Shown: positions 45,627 through 58,605, numbered from the whole stretch's first letter. The stretch: 62,612 bases of DNA, filler included, from Globobulimina sp. (GCA_003354225.1; 28 parts of 28 records of this genome joined end to end with filler, not necessarily neighbours in it), one strand, 5' to 3'. Notes: a model not told the origin generated them from the letters alone. Program-made: numbers and translations.

Positions 45627-46313
45627 ATGGCGGAGATATTGCTAAAAATAATAGTATTGGGCGAATCTGGTGTAGGTAAAACTGCCTTACTGCAACAATA
45701 CATCAACAAGACATTCTCAGAAGAGCACAAAACGACCATTGGAGCAGATTTTTTCACTAAAAAATTAGATATCGGTCGTAATTTAATAACATTACAAATA
45801 TGGGATACGGCCGGACAGGAAAGATTTCAGTCATTAGGTCGCGCCTTTTATCGCGGTGCAAATGCCTGCATTTTAGTGTACGACATCACTTCGAAACAAT
45901 CCTTTGACAAATTGGCAGATTGGAAATCACAATTTGAAGATATAAATAGTAATACTATGCCACCAAACGAATCCTTCCCATATTTATTGCTTGGCAACAA
46001 ATGTGATTTGGATGTTGATAGAGAAATAACTGCAAATCAAGCCACTAATTATGCGAATCAATGTGATATGCAATTTTTCGAAACTTCCGCTTTAAACGGC
46101 ACCAATATAAAGGACGCTTTCTATAAAATAGCTGAAATCGCTTCTGCTGTGCCAACCACACCGTTAATTATTATATTATTTCTATTGTATATCTGTGCTT
46201 TGTTATATTGTATACCGTACAGTGTGATCAGTACAGAAGCGATCAGATTAATAAAGGACGCGGATGATAATAAGAAGAAAACATGTTGGGGATGTTTGGA
46301 CGGCATGATCTGA
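45627..46313 (+). CDS. Rab7-like small GTPase, probable in-frame intron 46163..46222
   Basis: LLKIIVLGESGVGKT, TIGADF, WDTAGQERFQSLG.AFYRGA, FPYLLLGNK.D and ETSA. Confidence 0.92.
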   Translation: MAEILLKIIVLGESGVGKTALLQQYINKTFSEEHKTTIGADFFTKKLDIGRNLITLQIWDTAGQERFQSLGRAFYRGANACILVYDITSKQSFDKLADWKSQFEDINSNTMPPNESFPYLLLGNKCDLDVDREITANQATNYANQCDMQFFETSALNGTNIKDAFYKIAEIASAVPTTPLIIILFLLYICALLYCIPYSVISTEAIRLIKDADDNKKKTCWGCLDGMI

Positions 46314-46574
46314 AACATGCTGTAAATACATACTGTATCATATATACTTAAATATGACTGCATGATATGCAATGCACGTGATTTTATTTTGAGGATTTGT
46401 TTTTTTTTATTGTTTCTGATCGTATTTTTTTGTTGAGTCTGACATGTGTGAGAATGTACTAAATTTTATCATTTAAAGGATTTCTTTCTGCTTTCTTGTC
46501 ACTTTTTGTTTGTTCCATTAGGTTCTTACGTTAAAAACCACTCTAAGAAGCGAAGTAGTATTAAACTGTAACCA

Positions 46575-46836
46575 TAGGCGGTTGCTGCACAAGCGATACA
46601 AGTGCGTCGTCGCTGAAATCCTTCAGCCGCTCAAGCAGCGTATCGGCCTGGGTGGTCGCGTCGCTGACGTGAAAACGAAGCAGTACGGCAGAGGCTCGGT
46701 TCAGTCCCTTTTCGGCCAGGGCGGCGTCATAACTGGAAAGCAGAGAGTCGAGGGCCTCTGAAAACGAGACGCCGGGTTGGGCGCACATCGTAACGAACGC
46801 CTCGGTTCCGCGGTTGTTACTATGAATGGATATCAT
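46575..46836 (-). CDS. Bacterial Rid/YjgF-like (endoribonuclease L-PSP-annotated) protein N-terminal fragment
   Basis: GC-rich segment; AAGGA Shine-Dalgarno-like site before the ATG; AVLLRFHVSDATTQ..VSLVQQPP motif; truncated. Confidence 0.6.
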
Positions 46837-47047
46837 CAAACAGTCCTTTGCTGCAACATAGATACTCGGTACACCAATCGCGTCTTCATTTTCGACTCCT
46901 GCCGCTAAAACCATTACGGTTAATTTCCCGGTTCCCCAATCGCTACCNNNNNNNNNNNNNNNNNNNNNNNNNNNNNNNNNNNNNNNNNNNNTTAATTAAT
47001 TAANNNNNNNNNNNNNNNNNNNNNNNNNNNNNNNNNNNNNNNNNNNN

Positions 47048-49185
47048 TCAATGTAGTGTCATTATCATTTTGTTTCTGTTGATTAAGTAATTGCTGTTGT
47101 TTTTGTAATTCCATTTTTTCTTTTTCTAACTTTGCCCTTTCCGTTAATATATTTTGTAACTTTTGTTCATGATATTCGTGTTCAATTTGTCTGATTTTTT
47201 CCTGTGGTGTAACTGGTGTGGTGCTCATATTATTGTTAGTTATAATTCGTGGCGATATCGATTTGATCATGGGATATGATTGGAATTTCTTTGCCGAAAT
47301 TCTATTTAAAAGATTACCTTTTAAAGCAGCACCAGCCGCTGGCTCAATGTTTGTTGTTGCTGTTGTTTTTTGTGTGTATAACAATCGTTTTTTTGTATTT
47401 GTATTTATATTTGGCGAAGGACTGCGACTTAATAATGATGAGCTATGCGATGATATATTACCATTATAAGATTTTGATGTATTTATATATGCTGCTTTGG
47501 GTAATGTCGTTTGTGTGTTTTTAATGTTTTTAATGTTTTTGATAATATTTTCTTGATACTGTCCATTAATTAATTGATTTAAGTATTTTTGCAAAACCAT
47601 TTGTTCCTCGAATGTTGAGATCCCAAATCTTTGTACATATGATATATTTTGTGCTAATGTCTTAATTTATTAATTAACGTAATATTGACATTAAAAATGG
47701 AATTTATTGATTTATTTATATGGTTTCTACCATAATAAGCATGCAATAAATTCCATTGTTTATTTTCAACACACAAAACCTTGATATGTTTACCGATTAA
47801 CTGCGCTTTTTTCATTTCAATGCGCAATTTATTTTCATATTTAGTAAATATGCCATTTTCTATGCTGATGATCCAATCCGTGATATCATTGGAATTCCAT
47901 TCTTCCCATTCACCAAAATGTGCAATCATGCACGCTGTCACTCTATTCATCCAATTTCGAAATGTAGATAAAAATTCATTCTCCACAGTAATTAATTCGG
48001 CACCAATGCGTTTACTGCGAAACAACTGTGGCAATAATAACATATAATCATCACTTGCAGTGGTACACCGCTTTATTTTTCGCCCATTTTTTGGTGTAAT
48101 CGTATCATCGAATGTACTGCGAAAATACAACAACACAAATACGCATTTAAGAGCCATACATTTTCTATTTCACAAACCTGCAGATCGCATCAATCATTTT
48201 CTTGGACAAATTCATATCATTTTTGATTTTATCCAACATCTCAAATATATTTTCTTTTTCTTTTTCCTTTTCTTTTGGAATATCGCCGGATGACTTTGTT
48301 TTTAAATTTCTTGTCGTTTTTTGCTTTTGTGATGTTTGTGTTTGTATTTGTATTTGTATTTGATTGGTAATCAATAATCTTTCGTGTTGTGCTTGATTTG
48401 TGACTGAATGTGCCGCCACAATCGATATTCTGCAATTGGGTTTTTTTAATTTTACTGCTAATCGATAACCAAAGTTTTTCTCAATATAAATATTTTTAAA
48501 TGCAATGCCTAAATCATTCACATTCCGTGTGAATGACAAAGTTTTCTGAATCAAATCCAAGCGAATATGGACCAAATCCAACAATGAAAAACCTGAGCAA
48601 TATTTATATTTACTTTGATTTTTATGATATAATATGCCTAAATTATAGTCACTGTTCCGTCTGTTATGAGTTTGTATGCTCTGTTTCAACCGCAATCCAT
48701 TGTGATCGATGCCGAAGCCATACTTTGCATTTTCAAATGATGAGCCCGCCATACTCGTATCCGTATCCTTTGGTAATTATAGCATATTTGTACGTATACA
48801 ATTTCGTTTTCAGTTTGAAACTTACCTTTTGTTCATGGCCATATACACCAAAATGGATAAAATCTGCATTATCGCCTTGTATTTGCAATATCCATTCGAA
48901 GATACCGCGGGATATCCACCGCGAACCATAGGCCGTATCAGCAATGGCTATGTTGCTGTTGCTGTTATTGAGTCCGGTGGCAGTGACACAGGTATTATGC
49001 ACTAACAATTTGAGATAATTATGTTGCGGTTTGCCAATAAATTTGAACCGATCTTGTAAGGGTAATATGGATGATTTGTAGTGATATAAACTGAATTTGC
49101 TTAAATATTCGCAGGGAGAGACTATTGTATATTGCTCGTTTTCATAGAAACAAGAGATGGCTAAACGATATTAGCTCAATGGTAT
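47048..49185 (-). CDS. SPRY - coiled coil - SAM-like protein spanning the contig (introns 48117..48177, 47661..47779; frameshift ~48745)
   Basis: SPRY GIFEWILQI..LDLIQKTLSF.RN..DLGIAFKNI..YRLAV; SAM-like WNSNDITDWI..LIGKHIK-TLAQNISYVQRFGI after splicing. Confidence 0.65.
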
Positions 49186-49285
49186 NNNNNNNNNNNNNNN
49201 NNNNNNNNNNNNNNNNNNNNNNNNNNNNNTTAATTAATTAANNNNNNNNNNNNNNNNNNNNNNNNNNNNNNNNNNNNNNNNNNNN

Positions 49286-49624
49286 CTGATGGAAGCATTG
49301 AATTTATTTGATGAGATATGTAACAGCAAATGGTTTGAAAAAACCTCTATTATTTTATTTTTGAATAAAAGAGATTTATTTATGCAGAAAATAGCAAAAG
49401 TACCATTGACAATATGTTTTGATGATTATGATGGACCAACCAATGATTATGACGCTGGATGCGAATTTTTTAGAGAAAAGTTTGAATCAAGAAACCATAC
49501 CGAAGATAAAGAAATATATACACACGTCACATGTGCTACTGATTCGAATAATGTATCTCATGTTTTTAACGCTGTGAAAGACATAATATTGAAACGAACG
49601 TTAAGGGAAGGCGGCTTAATCTAA
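49286..49624 (+). CDS. G-protein alpha subunit C-terminus
   Basis: SIILFLNKRDLF, IYTHVTCATD, VFNAVKDII..GGLI*. Confidence 0.95.
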   Translation: MMEALNLFDEICNSKWFEKTSIILFLNKRDLFMQKIAKVPLTICFDDYDGPTNDYDAGCEFFREKFESRNHTEDKEIYTHVTCATDSNNVSHVFNAVKDIILKRTLREGGLI

Positions 49625-49814
49625 TTTAATATAAATATGTCACAATTAACAACCAATCATATTGTAAACTTATTCAATTGCAAAGCCTCTATTACTTGAA
49701 TTTAATTAATTTTAATTGCTTAAACTAGAATTTATACATTTTGTGATCGCATTCTTTACACCAAAGCGCAGCGATCATGTTAAATAATATAAATTAATTA
49801 AAGAATTAAGTTTT

Positions 49815-51349
49815 TTACAAGTTACTTCTTAATTTTGCAGGACCCAAACTATGTTTTTTAAACCATTTATCATCAATTAAATTATCATTGACTGTGCTCG
49901 TTTTGAAATCCAATATTTCCTGTAATGTTTTGTGATTGTGTTCAAACGGTCTTTTTAATTTAACATTTGGATTCAACGTCAAACCAAAACCATATTTACT
50001 TCCATCCAATTCAATATATCCATTCTTTGGAACTGGTTCATCAATAAACAAATCTCCAAATAACGGTGATATAACGTCCGCATTGGGCGCTAACATTAAA
50101 AATTCAGCCATCGGACAATTTGGGTATGCAATTTGTAAATGGTAGGAGTAAGGACCAGAGCCATGCGGTATTACAGGTATATCATATGCAGACGCCATGG
50201 ATACCACTCTTTTTGCTTCGGTCAAGCCACCCAACCAAGTTATATCTGGCTGTAATACATCACAGCATTTGTCCTCTAACAATTTCCTGAATCCATACCG
50301 AGTGTATTCATGTTCTCCGCAGGTTAACATAATATTTTGTATTCCATTCGAACCATGTTTCATATATTTATTTAACGAGGAATATCCATCATAATCATCG
50401 GGATGTAACACCTCCTCAATCCACTTAAATTTAACATGTTGGCAATTTATCTCTTTATTGTCAATAATTTCTGCTTTTATTCTATTTAATAAATCCAATG
50501 TATAATTTACTGTCAATGACATATAACAATCGATCATTATGGGAAATTTGGACCCATTCTCATTGGCTTTAATCGACATAACAACACCTTTTAATCGATC
50601 AATATTTCCTTTCATGCCAAATTCGCCATCGCCCGGACCATACGGCAAAGGTATTTTTGCTCCAACAAATCCCAACGACTGTACAGTACATTCAGTCCAT
50701 AACACCAACAGTTTGCATGTTAAAACAAGCAAAAAAAAAGCAAATTGCAAACCTGTGCAATATCTGGACGAGCAGTGGTGGCATAAATTGGTATTTTATT
50801 TTTACATTTGCCACCAATTAAATTGTACACCGGCTCTTGCTTTAATTTTCCAAACAAATCCCATAATGCCAAATCAACTGCAGATATTGCCTGAATTACC
50901 AAACCTTTGCGGCCATAATTCACCGTCGACTTAAACATCTGATCCCACATTAACTCAATGTTATGGATGTCCTGTCCTTCCACAAAACGGGATAAGTGAT
51001 TCTCGACGATATAGCAACCGGGTTCGCCACCAATTGAGATGCCATATCCTTTGGGAACAGTATTATCATATAACTCCACTTCGACAATCATAGTGCCAAT
51101 AGCGTCTATACCCCAATGCTTACGCGAAGATTTATAGATTTCATAGACTGACATGGGAGTACTTATCGGTGTATCTACAATCCAGTGTCCCTTGGCTTGG
51201 GCATGGCAGTCTGCACCACCGCCGGATTGCTCTTCTAATGCTTTATTGTCAATAACGTACGCACGGATTGATTTTATTAAATTCTTGGTGTTGGCTGGGT
51301 TTAATTTTGATGGACGAACAAAAGGATGTCGTCCCAAATACAAAGACAT
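49815..51349 (-). CDS. rhmD: L-rhamnonate dehydratase (enolase superfamily), intron 50679..50752
   Basis: GGGADCH..HWI..ISTPMS, YGRKGLVIQAISAVDLALWDL, spliced ARPDIAQ-SLGFVGAKIPLPYGP, MIDCYMSL, KWIEE, GEHEYTRYGF, QPDITWLGG and PHGS. Confidence 0.9.
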
Positions 51350-51609
51350 GGTGAAAGCTAAGGGAGTGAAAACCTTTTAATAATTAATGCTTCCCCTTGC
51401 AAAGTCACAGTGGATGGACGCTGNNNNNNNNNNNNNNNNNNNNNNNNNNNNNNNNNNNNNNNNNNNNTTAATTAATTAANNNNNNNNNNNNNNNNNNNNN
51501 NNNNNNNNNNNNNNNNNNNNNNNGACCGTGTGTACCAAACTTATTTTAACTAACAAGAGTGCCATCTTCATTGTGCCCCAAAACCTTTACTTCAGTGTTC
51601 TAGTCATCA

Positions 51610-52521
51610 ATGAGTAAGTATTTTGTAAATATAATAAAGATACCAATAGGTGTTGATTTTTCCCATTCAGATGACAATGAATCATTGATTGTTGAAAATG
51701 TAGTAAAAGATTCAATTGGTAATCAATTGGGAATAAATGTAGATGACATATTGATTGCAATTAATGGACATTCGATTATAAACGTAAGTTCTGAAATTGC
51801 ATTCCATTTATTCCGTAAACAATCACTACCATTTACTGCTACATTTGAAACATTAGAAAAAGAAGAAATTATTTCATCATTAGATTATGTTTGTAACGGC
51901 AGTGAGCGTACAATATCAAATTGTAGTTATTATGATCATCAATTATCAGGTTCTATGAAAGTACATTATGGCTCCAGAACTAATGAAAATATGTTTAATT
52001 ATTTTATGGAGAAGGAATATAGTGATTTTTTTGATGTTTATGGTAAATACAATGATATGAACTGCAATAAATATATGATTTCGTCAAATGCCTTTTATAG
52101 CGGCTATCATGAATTTACAATCAAGATATTAAAATGCGATGTGTATAGACAGGAAATTGGGGTTATCAGTAATTTGAATGCAAAAATTAATATAGATAGC
52201 AATGATGGAATATGCGGCACATCAAAATTTGGCGCAAGAGCTGTTTATGGAAATGTATCGGAAACAAATGAAGCTTATTATGCGTCATACAATAAAAATA
52301 ATACAATTCGATGTAAAAAAAAATTATTATCAGCACATCAAATTAGTTGGTGCTCTCAAAGTATTGTTACCGTAAAATTAGATTTAGACAAAGGAAATAT
52401 TAAATTTTATTTAAATAATAAAAAAGTGCGTAAAACCATCAGTGTCGCAAAAAATTTAATATACCATCCGATAATATCGTATTTTGGTGATTGCCAATAT
52501 AAACTTATCAATTATACATAA
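51610..52521 (+). CDS. PDZ plus SPRY domain protein
   Basis: IGVDF..LIVENV..GINVDDILIAING (PDZ); SGYHEFTIKILKCD..EIGV..VKLDLDKGNIKFYLN (SPRY). Confidence 0.75.
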   Translation: MSKYFVNIIKIPIGVDFSHSDDNESLIVENVVKDSIGNQLGINVDDILIAINGHSIINVSSEIAFHLFRKQSLPFTATFETLEKEEIISSLDYVCNGSERTISNCSYYDHQLSGSMKVHYGSRTNENMFNYFMEKEYSDFFDVYGKYNDMNCNKYMISSNAFYSGYHEFTIKILKCDVYRQEIGVISNLNAKINIDSNDGICGTSKFGARAVYGNVSETNEAYYASYNKNNTIRCKKKLLSAHQISWCSQSIVTVKLDLDKGNIKFYLNNKKVRKTISVAKNLIYHPIISYFGDCQYKLINYT

Positions 52522-52949
52522 TACTACATCTTATTGCTATTCATTTTGTATTCTCAGTGTTCTGTGTGTAGTGTGTATCTAGTTTTTAATCTTTTGTTTA
52601 GATTTTAATGATCTTCGTGTGTTTTGCTGTGTTTAGTACGTTGTATCCTTAATTTTTTGTTGTTTTTGGCAAATTAATTGTTTTTCTTCATTACGCCTCA
52701 TGTTCGACCACAGAATTATCATCAATATAATTTTGGTATTTGCTCCATGTTGACAATGATCATCACGTTGTCTTTGCTATAATTATTATAACAGCTGAAC
52801 CACGCACAATACATATCAATTATGAATATATTTTTGTAAATTATGTTAATCATAATCCTAAATATATTGAAACATTATTCTATTTTTATTCTTTCCCTCT
52901 GACTTAAAACACAAAACAACAAAAGCAACAAAAGCAACAAATCAAAAAA

Positions 52950-53399
52950 ATGTTTACAACAGAAAAAAAATATGAATATGCTGAGAGAGTGGTGCAAAAC
53001 TGGTGTGATTGGTGTGATAATTTATGGTCAACCAAAAAAGAATGGGAAATTAAAATATTCAAAGACATGTTTTCCGATAATGTACAGATTGGATGGCAAG
53101 GAAAGTGGACAATCGGTGTTGATCAAGGTTTCAATGCATGGAAACCTGCACAAAATGCATTCGCTTCAAGTGAGGTGGTATCGTATGACATTGATACATT
53201 TAGTGAAACAATGGTCTCCTTTAAAATTCACCAAGTAATGAAAGAATGGGATGGAAAACAAACATTTTTAATTATGCACTTCATACTGGATTTGGATAAA
53301 CAGGGAAGAGTCTGTCGGCAAACTGGTACAGCGAAACCGAAATATGCTGCTTTATTTAACAATGCTTTAGTTTCATATTTTGCTGCACAGAGCAAATAA
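52950..53399 (+). CDS. SnoaL/NTF2-like fold protein
   Basis: 149 aa; DMFSDNV..G....G..W..LDLDKQGRVCR pattern. Confidence 0.5.
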   Translation: MFTTEKKYEYAERVVQNWCDWCDNLWSTKKEWEIKIFKDMFSDNVQIGWQGKWTIGVDQGFNAWKPAQNAFASSEVVSYDIDTFSETMVSFKIHQVMKEWDGKQTFLIMHFILDLDKQGRVCRQTGTAKPKYAALFNNALVSYFAAQSK

Positions 53400-53761
53400 A
53401 TTTTGTTGCAAAGAGTGATGGTGGTATTATTTTATTAAACCTTCAAGACAAATAATCCAATTCCCACCATCTTGGATTTTTAATTTATTTTTTAAATTTT
53501 ATTTTCTGCAGTCTTTGATCACTAATAATGTCCATAATGGCTACTTTTTTTCTCATCACAATCAGCCTAATAATGTCGTGGATTTTGATGAAACATTTGA
53601 ACTGCGATTTGAATTGTTTATTTCAATAACGATCGCTCTTCGTATGGGTGGACTATTAATTNNNNNNNNNNNNNNNNNNNNNNNNNNNNNNNNNNNNNNN
53701 NNNNNTTAATTAATTAANNNNNNNNNNNNNNNNNNNNNNNNNNNNNNNNNNNNNNNNNNNN

Positions 53762-53969
53762 TGGATAAAGGCTGAGATGCGGATAAATCTGATATTAATT
53801 TAATAAATGAAGGACAACTCATTGATATCGAACCTCTATCGGTCATGCCATGCTTTATCAAGAATTGTTTGGCCAGTTCGAGATGGTTGGCTTCGATCCA
53901 TTTATCAAAATCAAAATCATCACCTTCACCTTGGATTTGGTTATGGATTGTTTCTTCGAGACTTGCCAT
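53762..53969 (-). CDS. N-terminus of a SAM-like domain protein
   Basis: FDKWIEANHL..KQFLIKHGM; partial. Confidence 0.4.
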
Positions 53970-54031
53970 TATCTCTGAACAAATAGTTTTGACAATGTCA
54001 AAAGATGTGGCCTATTTAGTTAAAAAAAACA

Positions 54032-55899
54032 ATGAACATACTAGCATCGAGGCAACAATGGCATAAATACTCTAAATTGCAAACATTAACATTTAATCGT
54101 TTATTTTGTGCCGACGCATTATTTAAACAATCATTGTACACCATACCAAACGATAAACCATACCGTCAAATATTACTCGCAGACAGTAAATATTTTTGGA
54201 TTCGATTCCAAAATGAAACCAATACAGATTTTTCAACCATGACTGTCGATGATCAACCTCAACATTCGCCGTTCCCACACAACGAAACTGCTTACAATAC
54301 AAATGCAGCCAATACGTTTAATGGCAGTACGCATTTAAATCGATGGTGGAATGAAATAAACGGTGGATATTTTTATATTTACTCGAAAAACAATAATCAC
54401 ATCAATCATGCAAGAAATTTGCTCAATAAATTTTGCCAAAACATTGAATACTTTGAGCTACCAAATGCATATTCCATCCATGCCATTATTGGAGAATCTG
54501 GCTCAAATCGCTTGAAAATTCAACAACTATGCAATGTGTCATTGTTCCTCAATTTTAATAAACCCACTCAACTTTGGATTATATCCAAACAATTCAACCA
54601 TTCTCACCAACAAAAACAAAGGAAAAACATCAAAGATAGTTTGATATTAATCCAGCAATTAATAAAACCGTTGGAATACAAAATAGAATCGAAATTTTGT
54701 TACTTAATCATCAAAAATGCGCGGCATTTAAATCAAAAACATGATGTATTAATCATATACAATAAAAGCAAAGACAACTCACAATTTGCTTTATCACTCA
54801 CTTTAAACATTTATGGCTTTGAGGAAAATATAAAAAAGTGCATAAATGATATTGAGCAATGTATAAAAAATGATTTGTTTGAAATCAAAGTGGATCCGAA
54901 ATATTTTAATTTGATCATTGGAAAGGAAGCTTGCCATTTGCTGCAATTTGAATATTTATTGAATGTGGATTTACATTCGAGGAAACATCAATGTTTGATT
55001 GTGTTCAAAGCGAATGATAATACAAATATTGTTAAGTTGGATGAAGTTAAGCAATATATTTCAGATATTATTCAACATAGAATCTGTACGTTTGATGGAG
55101 TGAATAAAATGCGGTTTCAGCGATTGCTGAATGTGTCGGAATGGAAAGATATAAATAATATTACTTTTGAATACAATGCGAAAACAGAGAGACTGTCATA
55201 TTGGATCGATTTATGTTTGTATCGAGAGAATGGAATGGCTGATATTCAACAGTTGAATGAAGAGGAACAGGTTGAAAATTCATTGGCGTACAGTTTGCAG
55301 CTCGTTCATTACTCATATCATATGGACAGATTTTAAGCATTATGTATATGAGTAATGATGACTGCAAATAATAATTTTAATTAACAGGCGATTAAGGAGA
55401 AAGCGGATAAATTGATCGGATATTATTGCTTTGATGAGTTTATGAGTTATATTGATATTCGCGAGGGTTTTATGCCTTTAATTCGAGGGGTTGATGGAAA
55501 ACATATTCTTGAGTTGACCCAACACTGCAAACAGGATTTTCAGCAAAATGTTGCCAAATATAACCGGATTCCTGTTATTATGCCACAAAATAAAACAAAT
55601 GTGTTTGTGAATAAAAATGAAAATGGAAATGAAAAGGAAAAGGACAGAGAGTATATATTGGATACGTTTATGAGAGATGATAAAAATGGGAAATATGAGA
55701 ATGAGTCACATCGTGTATGGATATTTAGTAACAATGCGGAATTGTTACGGTTGCTTAAGATATGTTTATTTAATTTGTGTAAGAATGGAGAGATATTTTA
55801 TATTGAGACAATGTTTCATGATTTAGAAACGGCAAAGAATTTCTATGTTCCACAAGGAATGTTAGAAACAAAAACAGCAACAAAAGTGTATTCCAATGG
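54032..55899 (+). CDS. Multi-KH-domain RNA-binding protein, probably mitochondrial, intron 55271..55387, 3'-partial
   Basis: AIIGESGSNRLKIQQ, LIIGKEAC and LIRGVDGKHI KH loops; basic N-terminal presequence-like region. Confidence 0.65.
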
Positions 55900-56729
55900 N
55901 NNNNNNNNNNNNNNNNNNNNNNNNNNNNNNNNNNNNNNNNNNNTTAATTAATTAANNNNNNNNNNNNNNNNNNNNNNNNNNNNNNNNNNNNNNNNNNNNT
56001 AATTGACTTCTGCATACTTCCACCAAAAAGAATTTTTTGAAACAGCTTTTAAATGGTCGAAATCTACCTCCATCTTCTTCCTGTATGAGTTGTTACCACT
56101 CGTTGTCAAGTGATTGTGCTAAAAAAACTTGAGGTATACTTGAGGTAAGTGATTTTATCATGTGTATCGTATACCAGCTTCCTGAAGGGCTTATAACATT
56201 CCAACGCTACACAGGTACAACAAATAAAGTATTTAACAATTTTACAAAGTTAAAAGTTCATAGCATCAATAACACCAAAGATAGAAAAATTGTCATATTA
56301 TCACTTTATAATGACAAATCTCAAAACAAGGTCCATGTGGATTTGGCAATTGTTGATTCAAAATCTGAAAATTTGTCTGAATCCGAAATGTTTATAAAAA
56401 CGTACATAAGTCATGATGCGAAGCACCATTTCGATCAACATTTATCTCAAACGCTAACACTTAACAATAATGAGTGTACACTGCCGGTGTCTACTCCAAA
56501 GAGTGAAAACTGGCCAAGTAAATAACTTTAAACAGAAAATTAAATGTTGTGCATTACGCAGATGATAAAATTATTGCAATTATATGTTCAGAAGGATGGG
56601 ATTCTGGTATTCATGAATGGTCATTTAAGATCTTAGAATGTAATATAAACAGACACGAAATCGGTGTTGTTGGTGTTTCCGATTATCAAATATATTATCC
56701 GATTATTTCGTTTTGTGGCCATTGTCGTT

Positions 56730-57214
56730 AAGAATTGATGATTTGATGTTGTCTCATTGTGATTTGGTAAGTTCCCAAATGCATAGATCCGATGCTGTGA
56801 GTTATCACAAACGCTTTGCAAATCTTGATTGAATAAATTTGCATATTTTATAGAGTCATATTTATCATTGGATAAGAAATCCAACCAAGGATTGGCTAAA
56901 GATATTATTGTGCGCGTTATGCTGTGTTTATCCATAAACTGTAATTTTGAATTAATATCAAAATATTCACTTCCTAGTTTGCGATTGTTTTTAATCTCGA
57001 CATCTGATGGTAATATCACTAAACGATCCTCGTTTTTATCATTTACAATTATTTTGGGAATTTCTTGCCGGCTTTTTAACAAATCAACGTATCGTGGCAA
57101 GTAAACATGACTGTGTACATCTATGCATTGTGATGGTAATGCGATGTTACTGAAATGTCTAACATGTTTGATATGGTTCAATTGGTTTGAAGAGGGCCGG
57201 ACTCGATTGAGCAT
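56730..57214 (-). CDS. Amidohydrolase-2 family decarboxylase (isoorotate / uracil-5-carboxylate decarboxylase-like), N-terminal part
   Basis: IDVHSHVYLPRY..LL..R..IP..RLVILP..KLQFMDKHSI..ISLANPWLDFL. Confidence 0.8.
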
Positions 57215-58605
57215 GCAAAACAAGGCGGTTTTTAGTGACTTCGGTCTGAATAATGCACGCCATTTGCTATATATCACAGCAAATATTACTCGGAATATAT
57301 GGCAAAACCCCAAGCCCATTAGAATCAGAATCCATATTGGAAGAAATAATTGAAATAAAAAAAGAGTCCGTTAGAATTAGGTATCCGATTTGGAGTTGGT
57401 ATGCAATCTGTAATAATACAGCAAGTACTCATAAACTCAATCGCATCAAAGCTTGGATTAATACAAATAAATAATGAATCACTACGTAATATAGCACCAT
57501 CTGATGCATTAAAACTATTCCTTTCGACAAGTCTTCCATTTATCGCAACCTTTGAGAAATCCATTACAAATTTTATTGATGTCGATGATCATGAACCTGT
57601 AAAAAAAACACAATGTAAATACGATATAGATATTGCATCACTATTATTAGAAACAAATAGCAGTGATTCAGACAATTAATCAAGTGTCGATTGTGATGCA
57701 CAGTCGATTGTGTATTCTCCGACATGCGAATCCGAAGTGGATATATATAGTCCTTCATTAGTAACACCTGTACCAACACCATATCATAAATTAGGGAAAA
57801 CGCAAGAAAATGTTGATCTGTTAAAAGATTTATTGTGTGATAATGCAAAAGCAATCCGATTGAGTAAACTGTGGGAAAGTGATGATCCATATGGACCTTG
57901 TTTTGAAATTTGTCATTATAAAGTGATAATCGCGAAATTTGAAATGGCCATAACTTCTGGAATATTGATGCTACGCTAATTCTTTCTGGTGCAAAATTTC
58001 GAAACGACCTAAAAAAAATTGACATCTACCCCAAGTATACCTCAAGTATTTCGTGGAAAGAAATTGACATAACCTTTGAAATATTGATGCTACGCAAATT
58101 CTATCTGTTGCAAAATGTTAATAATTGACTTCTGCATNNNNNNNNNNNNNNNNNNNNNNNNNNNNNNNNNNNNNNNNNNNNTTAATTAATTAANNNNNNN
58201 NNNNNNNNNNNNNNNNNNNNNNNNNNNNNNNNNNNNNCAATTATGTATAACTAAAGAGCGCTATGAATTGAAACAAGACAAAAACAATTGTTTCAATTCG
58301 ATTTGTCAGGATGTTGAGAGGATGTTGAGGTTTTAAATCTGCACTCCTCATATATTTTGTACTTATGATTATTTCTGATTCATTTGAACGCAATCGAATT
58401 AACCGCTGTATACTATTCAAAATAAAAGACGCTGTCATTGTTCATCAGTTTTTTGTGGTTTCACATAAAAATTTTGTTAAATATTTACACAAGTCAAGTC
58501 GTTTGAATGTAAACGCTAACAAACAATCATCATTACCTATATACACAACACAACATAACATAACAAGTTTAATATTTAATTACATATTGAACTATATCAT
58601 TGTGG

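Noticed and set aside
52643-52650. U12-type 5' splice site GTATCCTT
   Set aside because: It is intergenic and no exon-intron structure can be built around it.
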